Assembly (NCBI GenBank): GCA_024232295.1
Contig: JAAEPT010000103.1
Location: forward strand, 5,063 to 69,062
Source: Cytophagales bacterium
GTDB lineage: Bacteria; Bacteroidota; Bacteroidia; Cytophagales; JAAEPT01
Length of the DNA stretch: 64,000 nt
Direction of reading: 5' to 3'
Shown: piece by piece, positions 22,415-32,305 of the stretch
Numbering within the stretch: the stretch's first letter is position 1
How the letters are laid out: every line of letters begins with the position of its first letter
Notes under the pieces: model-generated
Seen by the model: only the letters and a program-made list of their open reading frames with translations
What the model was told of the DNA's origin: nothing
Databases searched by the model: none
Program-made: the position numbers and the translations under genes

Positions 22415-25228
22415 TTAGAAACTTAAATAAAGGTTTCTTTTGTTATAAATTTCTCTGAAGAAATCATCGTTTAAGTCATCAATGAATTGGATTGCTTCAC
22501 CTGTAGATTTCATCTCTGGTCCTAATTCCTTATTTACTTTAGGGAACTTATGGAAAGAGAATACAGGAATCTTGATGGCATAACCTTCTTGTACTGGGTT
22601 AAACTCAAAGTCTGTTACTTTTGCTCCCATCATTACCTTAGCTGCATAATTTACATAAGGCTCTTGGTAAGCTTTACAGATGAAAGGAACTGTACGAGAT
22701 GCTCTTGGATTAGCCTCAATGATGTATACTTTCTCATCTTTAATTGCAAACTGAATGTTAATCAAACCAACTGTTTTAAGAGCTACAGCGATACGCTTAG
22801 TGTAGTCTTCAATTTGCTTGATTACATTATCACTTAAATCAAATGGAGGTAAAACTGCATAAGAGTCTCCAGAGTGGATACCAGCAGGTTCGATATGCTC
22901 CATGATACCTACAATGTGAACATTCTCACCATCACAGATAGCATCAGATTCAGCTTCAATTGCACCTTCTAAGAAGTGGTCTAATAATACCTTGTTACCA
23001 GGGATTTCCTTCAAGATATTAACAACATGCTTCTCTAGTTCATTTTTGTTGATAACAATCTTCATTCCTTGTCCACCCAATACATAAGAAGGACGAACTA
23101 ACATAGGGAATCCGATTTTATCAGCTAATTCTAATGCTTGATCAGCAGTTTCGATAGCTCCATACTCTGGATAAGGAATTCCCTCTTCTTTCAATAAGTC
23201 AGAGAAACGACCTCTATCTTCTGCTAAATCTAATGCTTCAAAACTAGTACCAATAACTTTTACGCCATACTTCTCTAATTTCTCAGCTAACTTAAGAGCA
23301 GTTTGTCCACCTAACTGAACAATTACACCTTCTGGCTTCTCATGTTCAATAATGTCATAAATATGCTCCCAAAATACTGGCTCAAAGTACAGTTTATCTG
23401 CAACATCAAAGTCTGTAGAAACAGTCTCAGGATTACAGTTGATCATGATTGTTTCATAACCAGCTTCTTTTGCTGCTAAAATTCCATGTACACAAGAATA
23501 ATCAAACTCAATACCTTGACCAATACGGTTAGGTCCAGAACCTAATACAAGAATTTTCTTTTTATCAGTAACATGAGATTCATTCTCTCCATCAAAACTA
23601 GAGTAGTAATAAGGAGTTTTTGCCTCAAATTCTGCTGCACAAGTATCTACCAACTTATAAACACGTTTGATACCTAAGTCCAAACGCTTATTATAAACTT
23701 CACTTTCTAAACAACGAGACAAGTGAGCGATTTGTCTATCAGCAAAACCTTTTTGCTTAGCTTCTACTAATAAATCTTTTGGTAAATCTTGGATATGATA
23801 TTTAGTAATTTCTCTCTCAATAGTTACTAAATCTTCAATTTGCTTTAAGAACCACTTATCAATTTTTGTTAATTCATAAACAGTCTTCATTGGGATTCCT
23901 AATGCAATTGCATCACGAACATGGAATAAACGATTCCAACTAGGATGTGATAAGCTATATAGAATTTCCTCTTGGTTTGTCAATTCTTTACCATCAGCTC
24001 CCAAACCATTACGTTTGATTTCTAACGATTGACAAGCTTTTTGAAGAGCCTCTTGGAAATTACGTCCGATACCCATTGCTTCACCAACAGCTTTCATCTG
24101 TAATCCTAATTGACGCTCAGCACCTTTGAATTTATCAAAGTTCCAACGAGGGATTTTTACAATTACATAATCTAATGCAGGTTCAAAGAATGCACTAGTA
24201 GTTTGTGTAATTTGATTTTTTAATTCATCTAAGTTATATCCAATTGCTAATTTAGCAGCAACTTTTGCGATTGGATAACCAGTTGCTTTAGAAGCTAAAG
24301 CAGAAGAACGAGATACACGAGGGTTAATTTCAATACCAATGATATCTTCAGTCACTGGATCAACAGAGAACTGAACATTACATCCACCTGCAAAATCACC
24401 AATTGCGTTCATCATAGTGATTGCTTGATCACGCATGTTTTGGTAAGTAGTATCAGATAATGTCATTGCAGGAGCAACTGTAATAGAATCTCCTGTGTGA
24501 ATTCCCATAGGATCAAAGTTCTCAATAGAACAAATAATTGTTACATTACCTGCACTATCTCTTAGTAATTCTAGCTCGTATTCTTTCCAACCTAAAATAC
24601 TTTGCTCAATTAATACCTCATTAATTGGAGAAGCATGTAAACCTGCATTAAGAGCTGTTTCGAACTCTTCTGGAGTATTCACAAAACCACCTCCATATCC
24701 TCCCATTGTAAATGAAGGACGAATTACAAGAGGAAAACCAATTTCTTGAGCAATCTCTTTTCCTTTTAAGAATGATGTAGCTGTTTCACCTTTACAAACT
24801 CCTACACCAATTTCTAACATCTTTTTACGGAAAATCTCACGATCTTCTGTAGTGTGAATCGCATCAATGTTTACTCCTATTAAGCGAACATTATACTCCT
24901 CCCAAATACCTGCTTCATCACAGTCAATGGCTAGGTTTAGAGCTGTCTGTCCTCCCATTGTAGGAAGTACTGCATCAATATTAGGGTGATTCTTTAGAAT
25001 CTCAATAATAGATTCTTTCACCAAAGGCTTCAAATACACATTATCAGCAGTTACCTGATCTGTCATGATGGTTGCAGGATTTGAATTGATAAGTGTTACT
25101 TCAATTCCTTCTTCTCTCAACGATCTTGACGCTTGAGAACCAGAGTAATCAAACTCACATGCTTGACCAATAATAATTGGACCACTACCAATTATTAATA
25201 CCGATTTTATGCTACTGTCTTTAGGCAT
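22415..25228 (-). CDS. carB: Carbamoyl-phosphate synthase large subunit (937-aa short form)
   Basis: IGSGPIIIGQACEFDYSG, two ATP-grasp halves, LGPEMKSTGE. Confidence 0.97.
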   Translation of the reverse strand: MPKDSSIKSVLIIGSGPIIIGQACEFDYSGSQASRSLREEGIEVTLINSNPATIMTDQVTADNVYLKPLVKESIIEILKNHPNIDAVLPTMGGQTALNLAIDCDEAGIWEEYNVRLIGVNIDAIHTTEDREIFRKKMLEIGVGVCKGETATSFLKGKEIAQEIGFPLVIRPSFTMGGYGGGFVNTPEEFETALNAGLHASPINEVLIEQSILGWKEYELELLRDSAGNVTIICSIENFDPMGIHTGDSITVAPAMTLSDTTYQNMRDQAITMMNAIGDFAGGCNVQFSVDPVTEDIIGIEINPRVSRSSALASKATGYPIAKVAAKLAIGYNLDELKNQITQTTSAFFEPALDYVIVKIPRWNFDKFKGAERQLGLQMKAVGEAMGIGRNFQEALQKACQSLEIKRNGLGADGKELTNQEEILYSLSHPSWNRLFHVRDAIALGIPMKTVYELTKIDKWFLKQIEDLVTIEREITKYHIQDLPKDLLVEAKQKGFADRQIAHLSRCLESEVYNKRLDLGIKRVYKLVDTCAAEFEAKTPYYYSSFDGENESHVTDKKKILVLGSGPNRIGQGIEFDYSCVHGILAAKEAGYETIMINCNPETVSTDFDVADKLYFEPVFWEHIYDIIEHEKPEGVIVQLGGQTALKLAEKLEKYGVKVIGTSFEALDLAEDRGRFSDLLKEEGIPYPEYGAIETADQALELADKIGFPMLVRPSYVLGGQGMKIVINKNELEKHVVNILKEIPGNKVLLDHFLEGAIEAESDAICDGENVHIVGIMEHIEPAGIHSGDSYAVLPPFDLSDNVIKQIEDYTKRIAVALKTVGLINIQFAIKDEKVYIIEANPRASRTVPFICKAYQEPYVNYAAKVMMGAKVTDFEFNPVQEGYAIKIPVFSFHKFPKVNKELGPEMKSTGEAIQFIDDLNDDFFREIYNKRNLYLSF

Positions 25229-25359
25229 TTCGTACTGATTGGATTTACTTTAAAATTTAACAAAGTTAATAATAAATTTATTATCACACTATGCTTTAAT
25301 GCCAAAAACTCACTTTTGAGGGTGTTTTTTTATTTCGATCAAAAAAAACAAAAAAATGA

Positions 25360-25390
25360 TTTGCATTTAAAAAAATAAGCCATACTTTTG
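25360..25390 (+). promoter_or_regulatory. Bacteroidota primary-sigma promoter of the tRNA operon
   Basis: -33 TTTG (25360-63), 19-nt spacer, -7 TACTTTTG (25383-90). Confidence 0.8.
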
Positions 25391-25428
25391 CATCCGTCAT
25401 TTAAGAGAAGAGACACAAAAATACTATT

Positions 25429-25506
25429 GGGAGATTAGCTCAGTTGGTTCAGAGCACCTGCCTTACAAGCAGGGGGTCACTGGTTCGAATCCAGTATCTC
25501 CCACCA
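25429..25506 (+). tRNA. tRNA-Val(TAC), CCA encoded
   Basis: GGGAGAT/ATCTCCC acceptor stem, CCTGC-CTTACAA-GCAGG anticodon arm, TTCGAAT T-loop. Confidence 0.97.
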
Positions 25507-25513
25507 TATTATT

Positions 25514-25588
25514 GGGGAATTAGCTCAGTTGGTTCAGAGCACCTGCCTTACAAGCAGGGGGTCACTGGTTCGAATCCAGTATTCCCCA
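25514..25588 (+). tRNA. tRNA-Val(TAC), variant acceptor stem
   Basis: GGGGAAT/ATTCCCC acceptor stem, otherwise identical to copy 1; CCA not encoded. Confidence 0.97.
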
Positions 25589-25606
25589 CAGAATACCACA
25601 CATATT

Positions 25607-25681
25607 GGGAGATTAGCTCAGTTGGTTCAGAGCACCTGCCTTACAAGCAGGGGGTCACTGGTTCGAATCCAGTATCTCCCA
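25607..25681 (+). tRNA. tRNA-Val(TAC)
   Basis: Identical to the copy 1 body; CCA not encoded. Confidence 0.97.
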
Positions 25682-25687
25682 CATTAT

Positions 25688-25725
25688 CAAAGCGTAACAT
25701 ATTTTATTTGTGTTACGCTTTTTTT
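25688..25725 (+). terminator. Terminator of the tRNA-Val operon
   Basis: AAAGCGTAACA...TGTTACGCTTT followed by a T-run. Confidence 0.8.
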
Positions 25726-25915
25726 ATTTAGCACACAACCTTCAATGACTATTTTTCGTTGCAAAAAGAACTAGAACGGTGTAAAAAAAGGCATATATAT
25801 TACTAAAAACCAAATTAGTTCAACTATATTTATCCCCGTAACTATTTATATTAAATCTACTTTTCTTACGAAGGGTAATAATATTCATTTACTTGAGAAA
25901 TTTATTCAAATAATT

Positions 25916-28900
25916 ATGAAACATTCTTTTGCGCTAATGCTACTTTGCTTGATTAGTTATCAATCCTTTGCAAGTGCATTTATTACAACATGGCAATCCG
26001 ATAATAGTGACTCAAATAATGATCCGAGTGCTATTACGATCCCGACTACTGGAGGAGGATATAATTATGATATCTACTGGGAGTCAACAGATGATGCAGG
26101 TATCAATGGTACTGTAACAGGTGTCACAGGAACTATTGACCTAGATTTCGATGGTGAAGAAGGAGAATTCAGAGTAGAGATTACTGGAGACTTTCCTCGT
26201 ATCTATTTTAATGGTATGGATGATGCGGCAGAATTAATTGCGATCAACCAATGGGGAGATATCCAATGGACTTCTATGGAAGATGCTTTCAATGGATGTA
26301 CAGAACTGACATATGCAGCTAGTGATGCTCCAAATTTAACTGGTGTAACAAATTTGAGAGAAATGTTTAGAGACGCATCCTCTTTCAATGGAGACCTTTC
26401 TGATTGGGATGTATCCACCATCACAAACATGAACTCCATGTTTAGAGATGCAGATAGCTTTAATGGAAATATCACAACATGGAATGTTACTGCAGTAGAA
26501 GATTTTAAAACAATGTTTAGAGGAGCATCTTCTTTTAACCAAGACATTTCTGAATGGAAATTAATTTCTGCAACAGGAATTAGCAGTATGTTTTATAATG
26601 CTAATGCTTTCAACCAAAATATTGGAGAATGGGATGTAAGTAAAGTTACTTCTTTTAGTAGTGTATTTAGAGGGGCATCTTCTTTTAATCAAGATATTTC
26701 TGGATGGAAATTGACTTCTGCAACAAGCTTAAGCAGTTTTTTAAGAGATGCATCTAGTTTTAATCAAAGCTTAGGAGCATTAGATATTTCTACAATCACC
26801 AACTTAACTAATATGTTGAATAATACTGCAATGAGTACAGAAAATTATGACAACACATTAACTGGTTGGGCTGCTTTAACTTTACAACCTGGAGAAACTA
26901 TAGATGTTTCTGGTCTTACTTACTGTTCTGCTGCTTCTGCAAGAGACCAAATCATATCAAACTTCTCATGGACATTCTCTGGAGATGCTGAAGCTACAAG
27001 ATCTTCTGCTACATTTGTAACAACAGAGCCTACAGATATGGCTGTTTGTGGATTGTCACAAACAACAATTGCTGCTGATGTTTCTGGTACTGGTTTATCA
27101 TTCCAATGGCAAGAAAACACAGGTGGTGGTTTTACAAATGTTTCTGAAGGAGGAGATTATACTGGTGTAACTTCAACAAGCCTTACAATTGGGAATATTC
27201 AATCAAAAGTTGGAAATGTTTATCGATTATTAATCACAAGTAGTGCATGTGAAGCAGATACTTCTAACAGTTCAACAATTTTTAATTCTATTTTAGGTAC
27301 TTCTGTTTGGACAGGTGCTATTGACACAGACTGGTCTGAATGTGGTAACTGGTCTAACGGATTAGTTCCTACAAATGCTAATGATGCTCAAATTACAACA
27401 GCAGGAAGCTCTCCAGTAATTGGATCTGGAACTAGTTCTGTACAAAACCTTACTTTTGATAGCGGTGCTATGTTCACAATGGCTGATGGAGCAACTTTAG
27501 ATATCTATGGTAACATTACAAATGATAACAATTTAACATTAACTACAGGTACTATTCAATTTAGAGGCTCATCTCTTCAAAATGTAGCTGGAGGAGGAAC
27601 ATACAGCTTATATAATGTAACAGCAAATAATTCAAACTTTGTTGTTTTTGATGCAGATGTAAACATAAGTGGAGCATTAACAATCAATAGTAGTACATTT
27701 CTTAATACAGGAAAAACTGTTACTTTAAAGAGTACTGCTTCTGGTACTGGTTTATTAGTTGAAAATGCTACATTTACCAAAAACGGAAACTTTATTTGTG
27801 AGAGATTTATCAACCAAAATTCAAGCTTTGGAAACTCTTCTGCAGGTTCTAGATATATCACATCTCCTGTTTCTAGTGCAACAGTATCAGAAATCAATGA
27901 CGATCAATCACTAATAATCACACACCCTTATTCAACTAAAAATGGAGGAGATGGAAATGCTACAGACCCATTCCCTAACATGTTCTACTACAACGAATCA
28001 TTATTCTCTACAGTGGATGATGGCAGTAGTGTAGGTTGGGAAACTCCTGCTTCTTTGAGTGAATCAATGCCTATAGGACGTGGTTATAACTTAAGAACAA
28101 GCTCTGGTATTACACTTGATATCACAGGAACACCAAATAATGGTGACCAATCTGTAATTGTAACTAATACACTTGGTGATGCTTCCTCTGGGTTCAACCT
28201 AATTGGAAACCCTTATCCTTCTCCTATTGATTGGGATTTAGTATATGCAGATAATAGTAGTGACATTGGTTCAACAATCTGGTTGAGAAATGCTACTTCT
28301 CAGTATGGTGGTTCTTTCATCACATACAATGCAGGTAGTCAAATTACTGTTCCTAGTGCTGCTAGTTATGATGGAAAAGTAGCAATGATGCAAGGTTTCT
28401 TCGTTCAAAACCCATCAGCAGGTGCTGCAGTAGTTAATTTTTCAAATACACACAGAGTGACAACACATGCTGCAGAGGTTTTCTACAGAGAAGAAGCTCC
28501 TAAGCCGCAAGTGTTATTACAATTAACTGGATCTGATAATTACTTTGATGAAATTGCAGTTTATACTGATGATAATGCTACTGATGGAGTAGAAAAAGAA
28601 TTTGACAGTGAGATGTTCCAATACAATAGTTTACCAAACCCTACATTGTACACTATTGTAGAAGATAAGAATATTAAGATTAACGGAATCCCTACTCCTG
28701 AACAAAACAAAGTTATTCCACTAGGTATGTACTTACCAAAGAATGGAAATTTTACATTCTCAGTAAACGAATTGATTGCTGGAAATGAAGATTTAAAAAT
28801 GTTCTTGGAGGATATGCAAACAGGTGAATTAGTAGAATTAGATAAAAATGCAACATATAGTTTCTCTGGAGACAAAGGAACTGTTGAAGAGCGTTTCAAT

Positions 28901-29206
28901 ATCATTATTCAACCTAAAACAAGTGTAATAACAGACAATATCAAAAACATTCAAGAGGAAGTATCTATCTATCCTAACCCAGCAATCAATCAAATTACAA
29001 TCACTTTGATTAACTCATACATTGGTGATTATAATGTAAGTATTGTTGATATGCAAGGTAAAGAAGTTTCTTCTTCAAGTTTTGAGAAAACACAAAACAG
29101 AACATCTTTCAACACAAATCTTGATCTGGCAAGTGGAATTTACTTTATTCACTTAACTCCTACTCAAGGTGGTAATACAGTTGTTCAAAAGTTAATCATC
29201 CAATAA
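25916..29206 (+). CDS. T9SS-secreted surface protein with BspA-like/DUF285 repeats, Ig-like region and type A C-terminal domain
   Basis: Signal peptide; repeats MF..ASSFN.DIS.W.V; WTGAIDTDWS..GNWS; GFNLIGNPYPSPIDW; C-terminal IYPNPA...LASGIYFI...QKLIIQ. Confidence 0.88.
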   Translation: MKHSFALMLLCLISYQSFASAFITTWQSDNSDSNNDPSAITIPTTGGGYNYDIYWESTDDAGINGTVTGVTGTIDLDFDGEEGEFRVEITGDFPRIYFNGMDDAAELIAINQWGDIQWTSMEDAFNGCTELTYAASDAPNLTGVTNLREMFRDASSFNGDLSDWDVSTITNMNSMFRDADSFNGNITTWNVTAVEDFKTMFRGASSFNQDISEWKLISATGISSMFYNANAFNQNIGEWDVSKVTSFSSVFRGASSFNQDISGWKLTSATSLSSFLRDASSFNQSLGALDISTITNLTNMLNNTAMSTENYDNTLTGWAALTLQPGETIDVSGLTYCSAASARDQIISNFSWTFSGDAEATRSSATFVTTEPTDMAVCGLSQTTIAADVSGTGLSFQWQENTGGGFTNVSEGGDYTGVTSTSLTIGNIQSKVGNVYRLLITSSACEADTSNSSTIFNSILGTSVWTGAIDTDWSECGNWSNGLVPTNANDAQITTAGSSPVIGSGTSSVQNLTFDSGAMFTMADGATLDIYGNITNDNNLTLTTGTIQFRGSSLQNVAGGGTYSLYNVTANNSNFVVFDADVNISGALTINSSTFLNTGKTVTLKSTASGTGLLVENATFTKNGNFICERFINQNSSFGNSSAGSRYITSPVSSATVSEINDDQSLIITHPYSTKNGGDGNATDPFPNMFYYNESLFSTVDDGSSVGWETPASLSESMPIGRGYNLRTSSGITLDITGTPNNGDQSVIVTNTLGDASSGFNLIGNPYPSPIDWDLVYADNSSDIGSTIWLRNATSQYGGSFITYNAGSQITVPSAASYDGKVAMMQGFFVQNPSAGAAVVNFSNTHRVTTHAAEVFYREEAPKPQVLLQLTGSDNYFDEIAVYTDDNATDGVEKEFDSEMFQYNSLPNPTLYTIVEDKNIKINGIPTPEQNKVIPLGMYLPKNGNFTFSVNELIAGNEDLKMFLEDMQTGELVELDKNATYSFSGDKGTVEERFNIIIQPKTSVITDNIKNIQEEVSIYPNPAINQITITLINSYIGDYNVSIVDMQGKEVSSSSFEKTQNRTSFNTNLDLASGIYFIHLTPTQGGNTVVQKLIIQ

Positions 29207-29218
29207 ATATTCACCCTC

Positions 29219-29262
29219 AAAAAAGATATATTGATATTTGTTTTTATCAATATATCTTTTTT
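29219..29262 (+). terminator. Terminator-like hairpin after the T9SS protein
   Basis: AAAAAAGATATATTGAT...ATCAATATATCTTTTTT. Confidence 0.7.
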
Positions 29263-29288
29263 ACTTGCAGGGTAAAAAAAGCTAGATC

Positions 29289-29564
29289 ATGAAAATTTCA
29301 GAATTCTTATTAAAGTTCTCAACGAACGTAACAGAAGCTGTAGAGAAGGCTAATAGGACTCAAGGTGCTAGAAATGCTGAAGGTGCATTACAACCAAATG
29401 TTCCTAAGCCAATGGGACCTCCAGATGATCCATCTCCTATTCCTTTAGAAGGATCTGAGATATTCTTCGTAGTAGCAGTTGTTGTTACAATTGGGGTATT
29501 CTTATACTACACTTATCAAACCAAAGAAGAAGACAAACTTGAACTTGAATTGGAAAAAAAATAA
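29289..29564 (+). CDS. Small protein with PID-CTERM-like sorting signal
   Basis: Pro-rich PKPMGPPDDPSP-IPLEG followed by a TM helix and charged tail; immediately upstream of and overlapping an exosortase gene. Confidence 0.6.
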   Translation: MKISEFLLKFSTNVTEAVEKANRTQGARNAEGALQPNVPKPMGPPDDPSPIPLEGSEIFFVVAVVVTIGVFLYYTYQTKEEDKLELELEKK

Positions 29565-30063
29565 AGGTATAAAGTTCCTAGTAATTATAATTCTACTTTT
29601 TATTACTTGGAACTTTTTATACAAATCTTGGTTGTTAAATTCTTCTTTTTCTTACCAAATTTGCCTACTTCTCACTAAAAGTAGTGCAATATTTTTCTCC
29701 ATGCTTGGATATGAAGTAACTCACACAGGTTATGACATTACAGTAAATGGAACACACTCTCTACACATCGCAGAACCATGTAATGGTTTAGATTTTTTCG
29801 GATTATTTATTTGCTTTATTTTAGCATTTCCTACAACTATCAAAGAAAAGTTAAAATTTCTCCCAATTGGTTTATTAACTATTCATGTCTTAAACATGAT
29901 AAGAATTAATCTCTTAATTTTTAATTACTATCATTTCAGAACATCATTTGATTTCAATCATAAAGTAACTTTCAACCTTATAGTATATGGTATAATGTTA
30001 GTTATGTGGGTTTTATGGACAAGAAAACAAATACAAAAAGGTGGAATTAGCACAACGAAATAA
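29479..30063 (+). CDS. Exosortase-family protein (Bacteroidota XrtF/XrtX-like); true start may be a TTG near 29545
   Basis: IAEPCNGL (catalytic Cys), NMIRI (Arg), FNHKVTF (His) within multiple TM helices. Confidence 0.85.
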   Translation: MLLQLGYSYTTLIKPKKKTNLNLNWKKNKGIKFLVIIILLFITWNFLYKSWLLNSSFSYQICLLLTKSSAIFFSMLGYEVTHTGYDITVNGTHSLHIAEPCNGLDFFGLFICFILAFPTTIKEKLKFLPIGLLTIHVLNMIRINLLIFNYYHFRTSFDFNHKVTFNLIVYGIMLVMWVLWTRKQIQKGGISTTK

Positions 30064-30481
30064 AAGAATTATCTATGCCAGCATCATCTTTTTGTATCAA
30101 TCTGTTATAGACTTTTTCAGAGATGATATTGCTACCTTTTTAGATAATCAAAATATTAAAATATTATCTTTTTCTATTACAGGGATATTTTTATTTGTAT
30201 TAATCATACATAGGGCATTCATACATGGAATCATCATTAGAATACTAACTCAACAAAAAAAGCTACTTAAATACTATGTAGTTATAGATATTAGTATGTT
30301 TTCATTCTTTTTTCTATATGAAGTATTAAATAACTTTATGAAGTTTGGAAAATACCCAGAAATATTAAAGGACACCTTTCATAAGTTTTTAAGCACCCCT
30401 ATTCTATTAATGATATTTCTATCTGCTTACTTTATATTTATGGAAATCGAAAAGCTAGAAAACAAAAAGGATGAAAGTTAA
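30041..30481 (+). CDS. Exosortase-associated membrane protein
   Basis: About 4 hydrophobic helices, FL.TP.LL near the C-terminus, overlaps the exosortase stop. Confidence 0.55.
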   Translation: MELAQRNKRIIYASIIFLYQSVIDFFRDDIATFLDNQNIKILSFSITGIFLFVLIIHRAFIHGIIIRILTQQKKLLKYYVVIDISMFSFFFLYEVLNNFMKFGKYPEILKDTFHKFLSTPILLMIFLSAYFIFMEIEKLENKKDES

Positions 30482-30521
30482 ATATACTTTCATCCTTTTT
30501 GTTTATGTAATAAGAAGTAGA

Positions 30522-31250
30522 TTACTTGTTATACTGAATTATACAGCTTTCATCAACCTCATAATACCATCTACTTTCTCCACCACCAATTGTTCTATCT
30601 GTAAAAGTTAGCGTTTTTGTAGAATCAGTACTTGAAAAAGAAACATTATCAATAATTGTTGAAGACTGTTCATTGTTACCAGTGATTACACCCTTTATTT
30701 CTAAAAATCTATTCAAAATAAACTCAGTATTATAGCTTTCATTTGTTTCTAAGACAACTTTATGACCTGTTGGATGATTCTCTTCATAAGAAATTACAAC
30801 AAGACCATATTGAGTTAATAAATCAGAGACTACATCATTTTGGAGATCATCATCACTCCAATCTATTGCCAATTCACTAGTGTTATCAAGATAAAGTATA
30901 ATTTGATTCAAACTTGGATAAGGAATTATATCTAAAGCTAATGATTCTGTCTTTTTAATCAACCCTTCTGCGTTTTGGATAGCATAAAAAACAGATAATA
31001 CATCATCCACAAGGGCATCAGAAATACGAGCAGAATCTGTCCAATTTGTATTTTCTTCTAATGTATATTTTACTGCTATTAATTGTGCTTTTTGCAATAA
31101 CTCTTCTGTTTGTAATGTATTTGTTGAATCAGTACATACAGACTCGATAGGTGTATTTGTAACTATTGTTGTTGAAGAAGCATCATCATCTGTACCACAT
31201 GACATGAAACACAATGCTACAGAAAATACGATCCATTTAATATCTTTCAT
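30522..31250 (-). CDS. Hypothetical lipoprotein
   Basis: Lipobox FMSC followed by acidic GTDDD. Confidence 0.65.
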   Translation of the reverse strand: MKDIKWIVFSVALCFMSCGTDDDASSTTIVTNTPIESVCTDSTNTLQTEELLQKAQLIAVKYTLEENTNWTDSARISDALVDDVLSVFYAIQNAEGLIKKTESLALDIIPYPSLNQIILYLDNTSELAIDWSDDDLQNDVVSDLLTQYGLVVISYEENHPTGHKVVLETNESYNTEFILNRFLEIKGVITGNNEQSSTIIDNVSFSSTDSTKTLTFTDRTIGGGESRWYYEVDESCIIQYNK

Positions 31251-32040
31251 TTAAAACTTGTTTTAATCTATAATGATAACTATTGAATGAGTTCAAATTG
31301 TTATGCCTTGCTCTTGGAATCAAAAATAAATTAATTTTATGACTAACTCGTTCTTTTATTTTCAAACTTGAATCATGAGAAATAACTTTGTCAGATGTCC
31401 CATGAAAAATAGAAATAGGAATAGATGTTTCTATTTCTTGACAAAAATAATAGGTTGGAATTTCGTACTTCAATAGAAAAGTAGGAAACCAAGAAAAGTA
31501 TTGTTTAGACAAATCTCTCATACTATAAAACGGGGTTTCCATAATTAGTTGGTAAGGATAAGCTTTTGAAGATACATAAGCAGCTAATCCTGCTCCCAAA
31601 GATTTACCATATACATGAATATTATTTTCTGAATAATGTTCTTTTAGGTTATCATACATAAACATTGCATCCCTCATCAAACTATTACTCGTTCTTACCC
31701 CCTTACTTTTTCCATATGATCGATAATCATACATGAATACATCATATCCTAAGTTTAAGAAATCTTCTCCAACATCACTTCCCCATTTTTGGATATTACC
31801 AGCATTTCCATGTAAGTAAAAGATAACTCCTTTACTCTTCAGAGGTGTTTTAATCAAAACAGAATTTAAAACCACACCAATAGAAGGAGAATAATTTCGT
31901 TCTTCAAACTCAAAGGAGAAATTGAATTGATAATTTGCTTTAAGTCGAACTGGATAGAAAATATATCTATCTTGAATAATGAAGAATAATACACCTATTA
32001 TGCTACATAACGCAAAAAGAATTACAAAGAAGTATGCCAT
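31237..32040 (-). CDS. Alpha/beta hydrolase
   Basis: YLHGNAG, DYRSYGKS, GKSLG, HGTSD, HNN. Confidence 0.88.
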   Translation of the reverse strand: MAYFFVILFALCSIIGVLFFIIQDRYIFYPVRLKANYQFNFSFEFEERNYSPSIGVVLNSVLIKTPLKSKGVIFYLHGNAGNIQKWGSDVGEDFLNLGYDVFMYDYRSYGKSKGVRTSNSLMRDAMFMYDNLKEHYSENNIHVYGKSLGAGLAAYVSSKAYPYQLIMETPFYSMRDLSKQYFSWFPTFLLKYEIPTYYFCQEIETSIPISIFHGTSDKVISHDSSLKIKERVSHKINLFLIPRARHNNLNSFNSYHYRLKQVLNERY

Positions 32041-32305
32041 GCTTTTTAGTAGAATTGTTAATTGTGATTATTTCTTTTATATAGTCGCAGCATAATGAAC
32101 AAAAAATAATACTAAAAAACAAAAAATGTCATTATTTAGATAATGACAACATCATTGTTTCTTAGAGAATTACAATATTCAAAACAACTAAAAACAACTA
32201 GAAACAAGTTTCTACTGCCAATAAATAGACAATTAGCTTATAAATAAAGTTTGATTTGATATTATAAAATATTAGTTTTGTACAAATTTAACAATGTGAT
32301 ACTTT

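Noticed and set aside
25444-25774. Two repetitive ORFs (MVQSTCLTSRG...)
   Set aside because: They are translations of the three tRNA-Val genes.
25429-31250. Genomic island integrated at tRNA-Val
   Set aside because: No integrase and no downstream duplicated tRNA 3' end seen.
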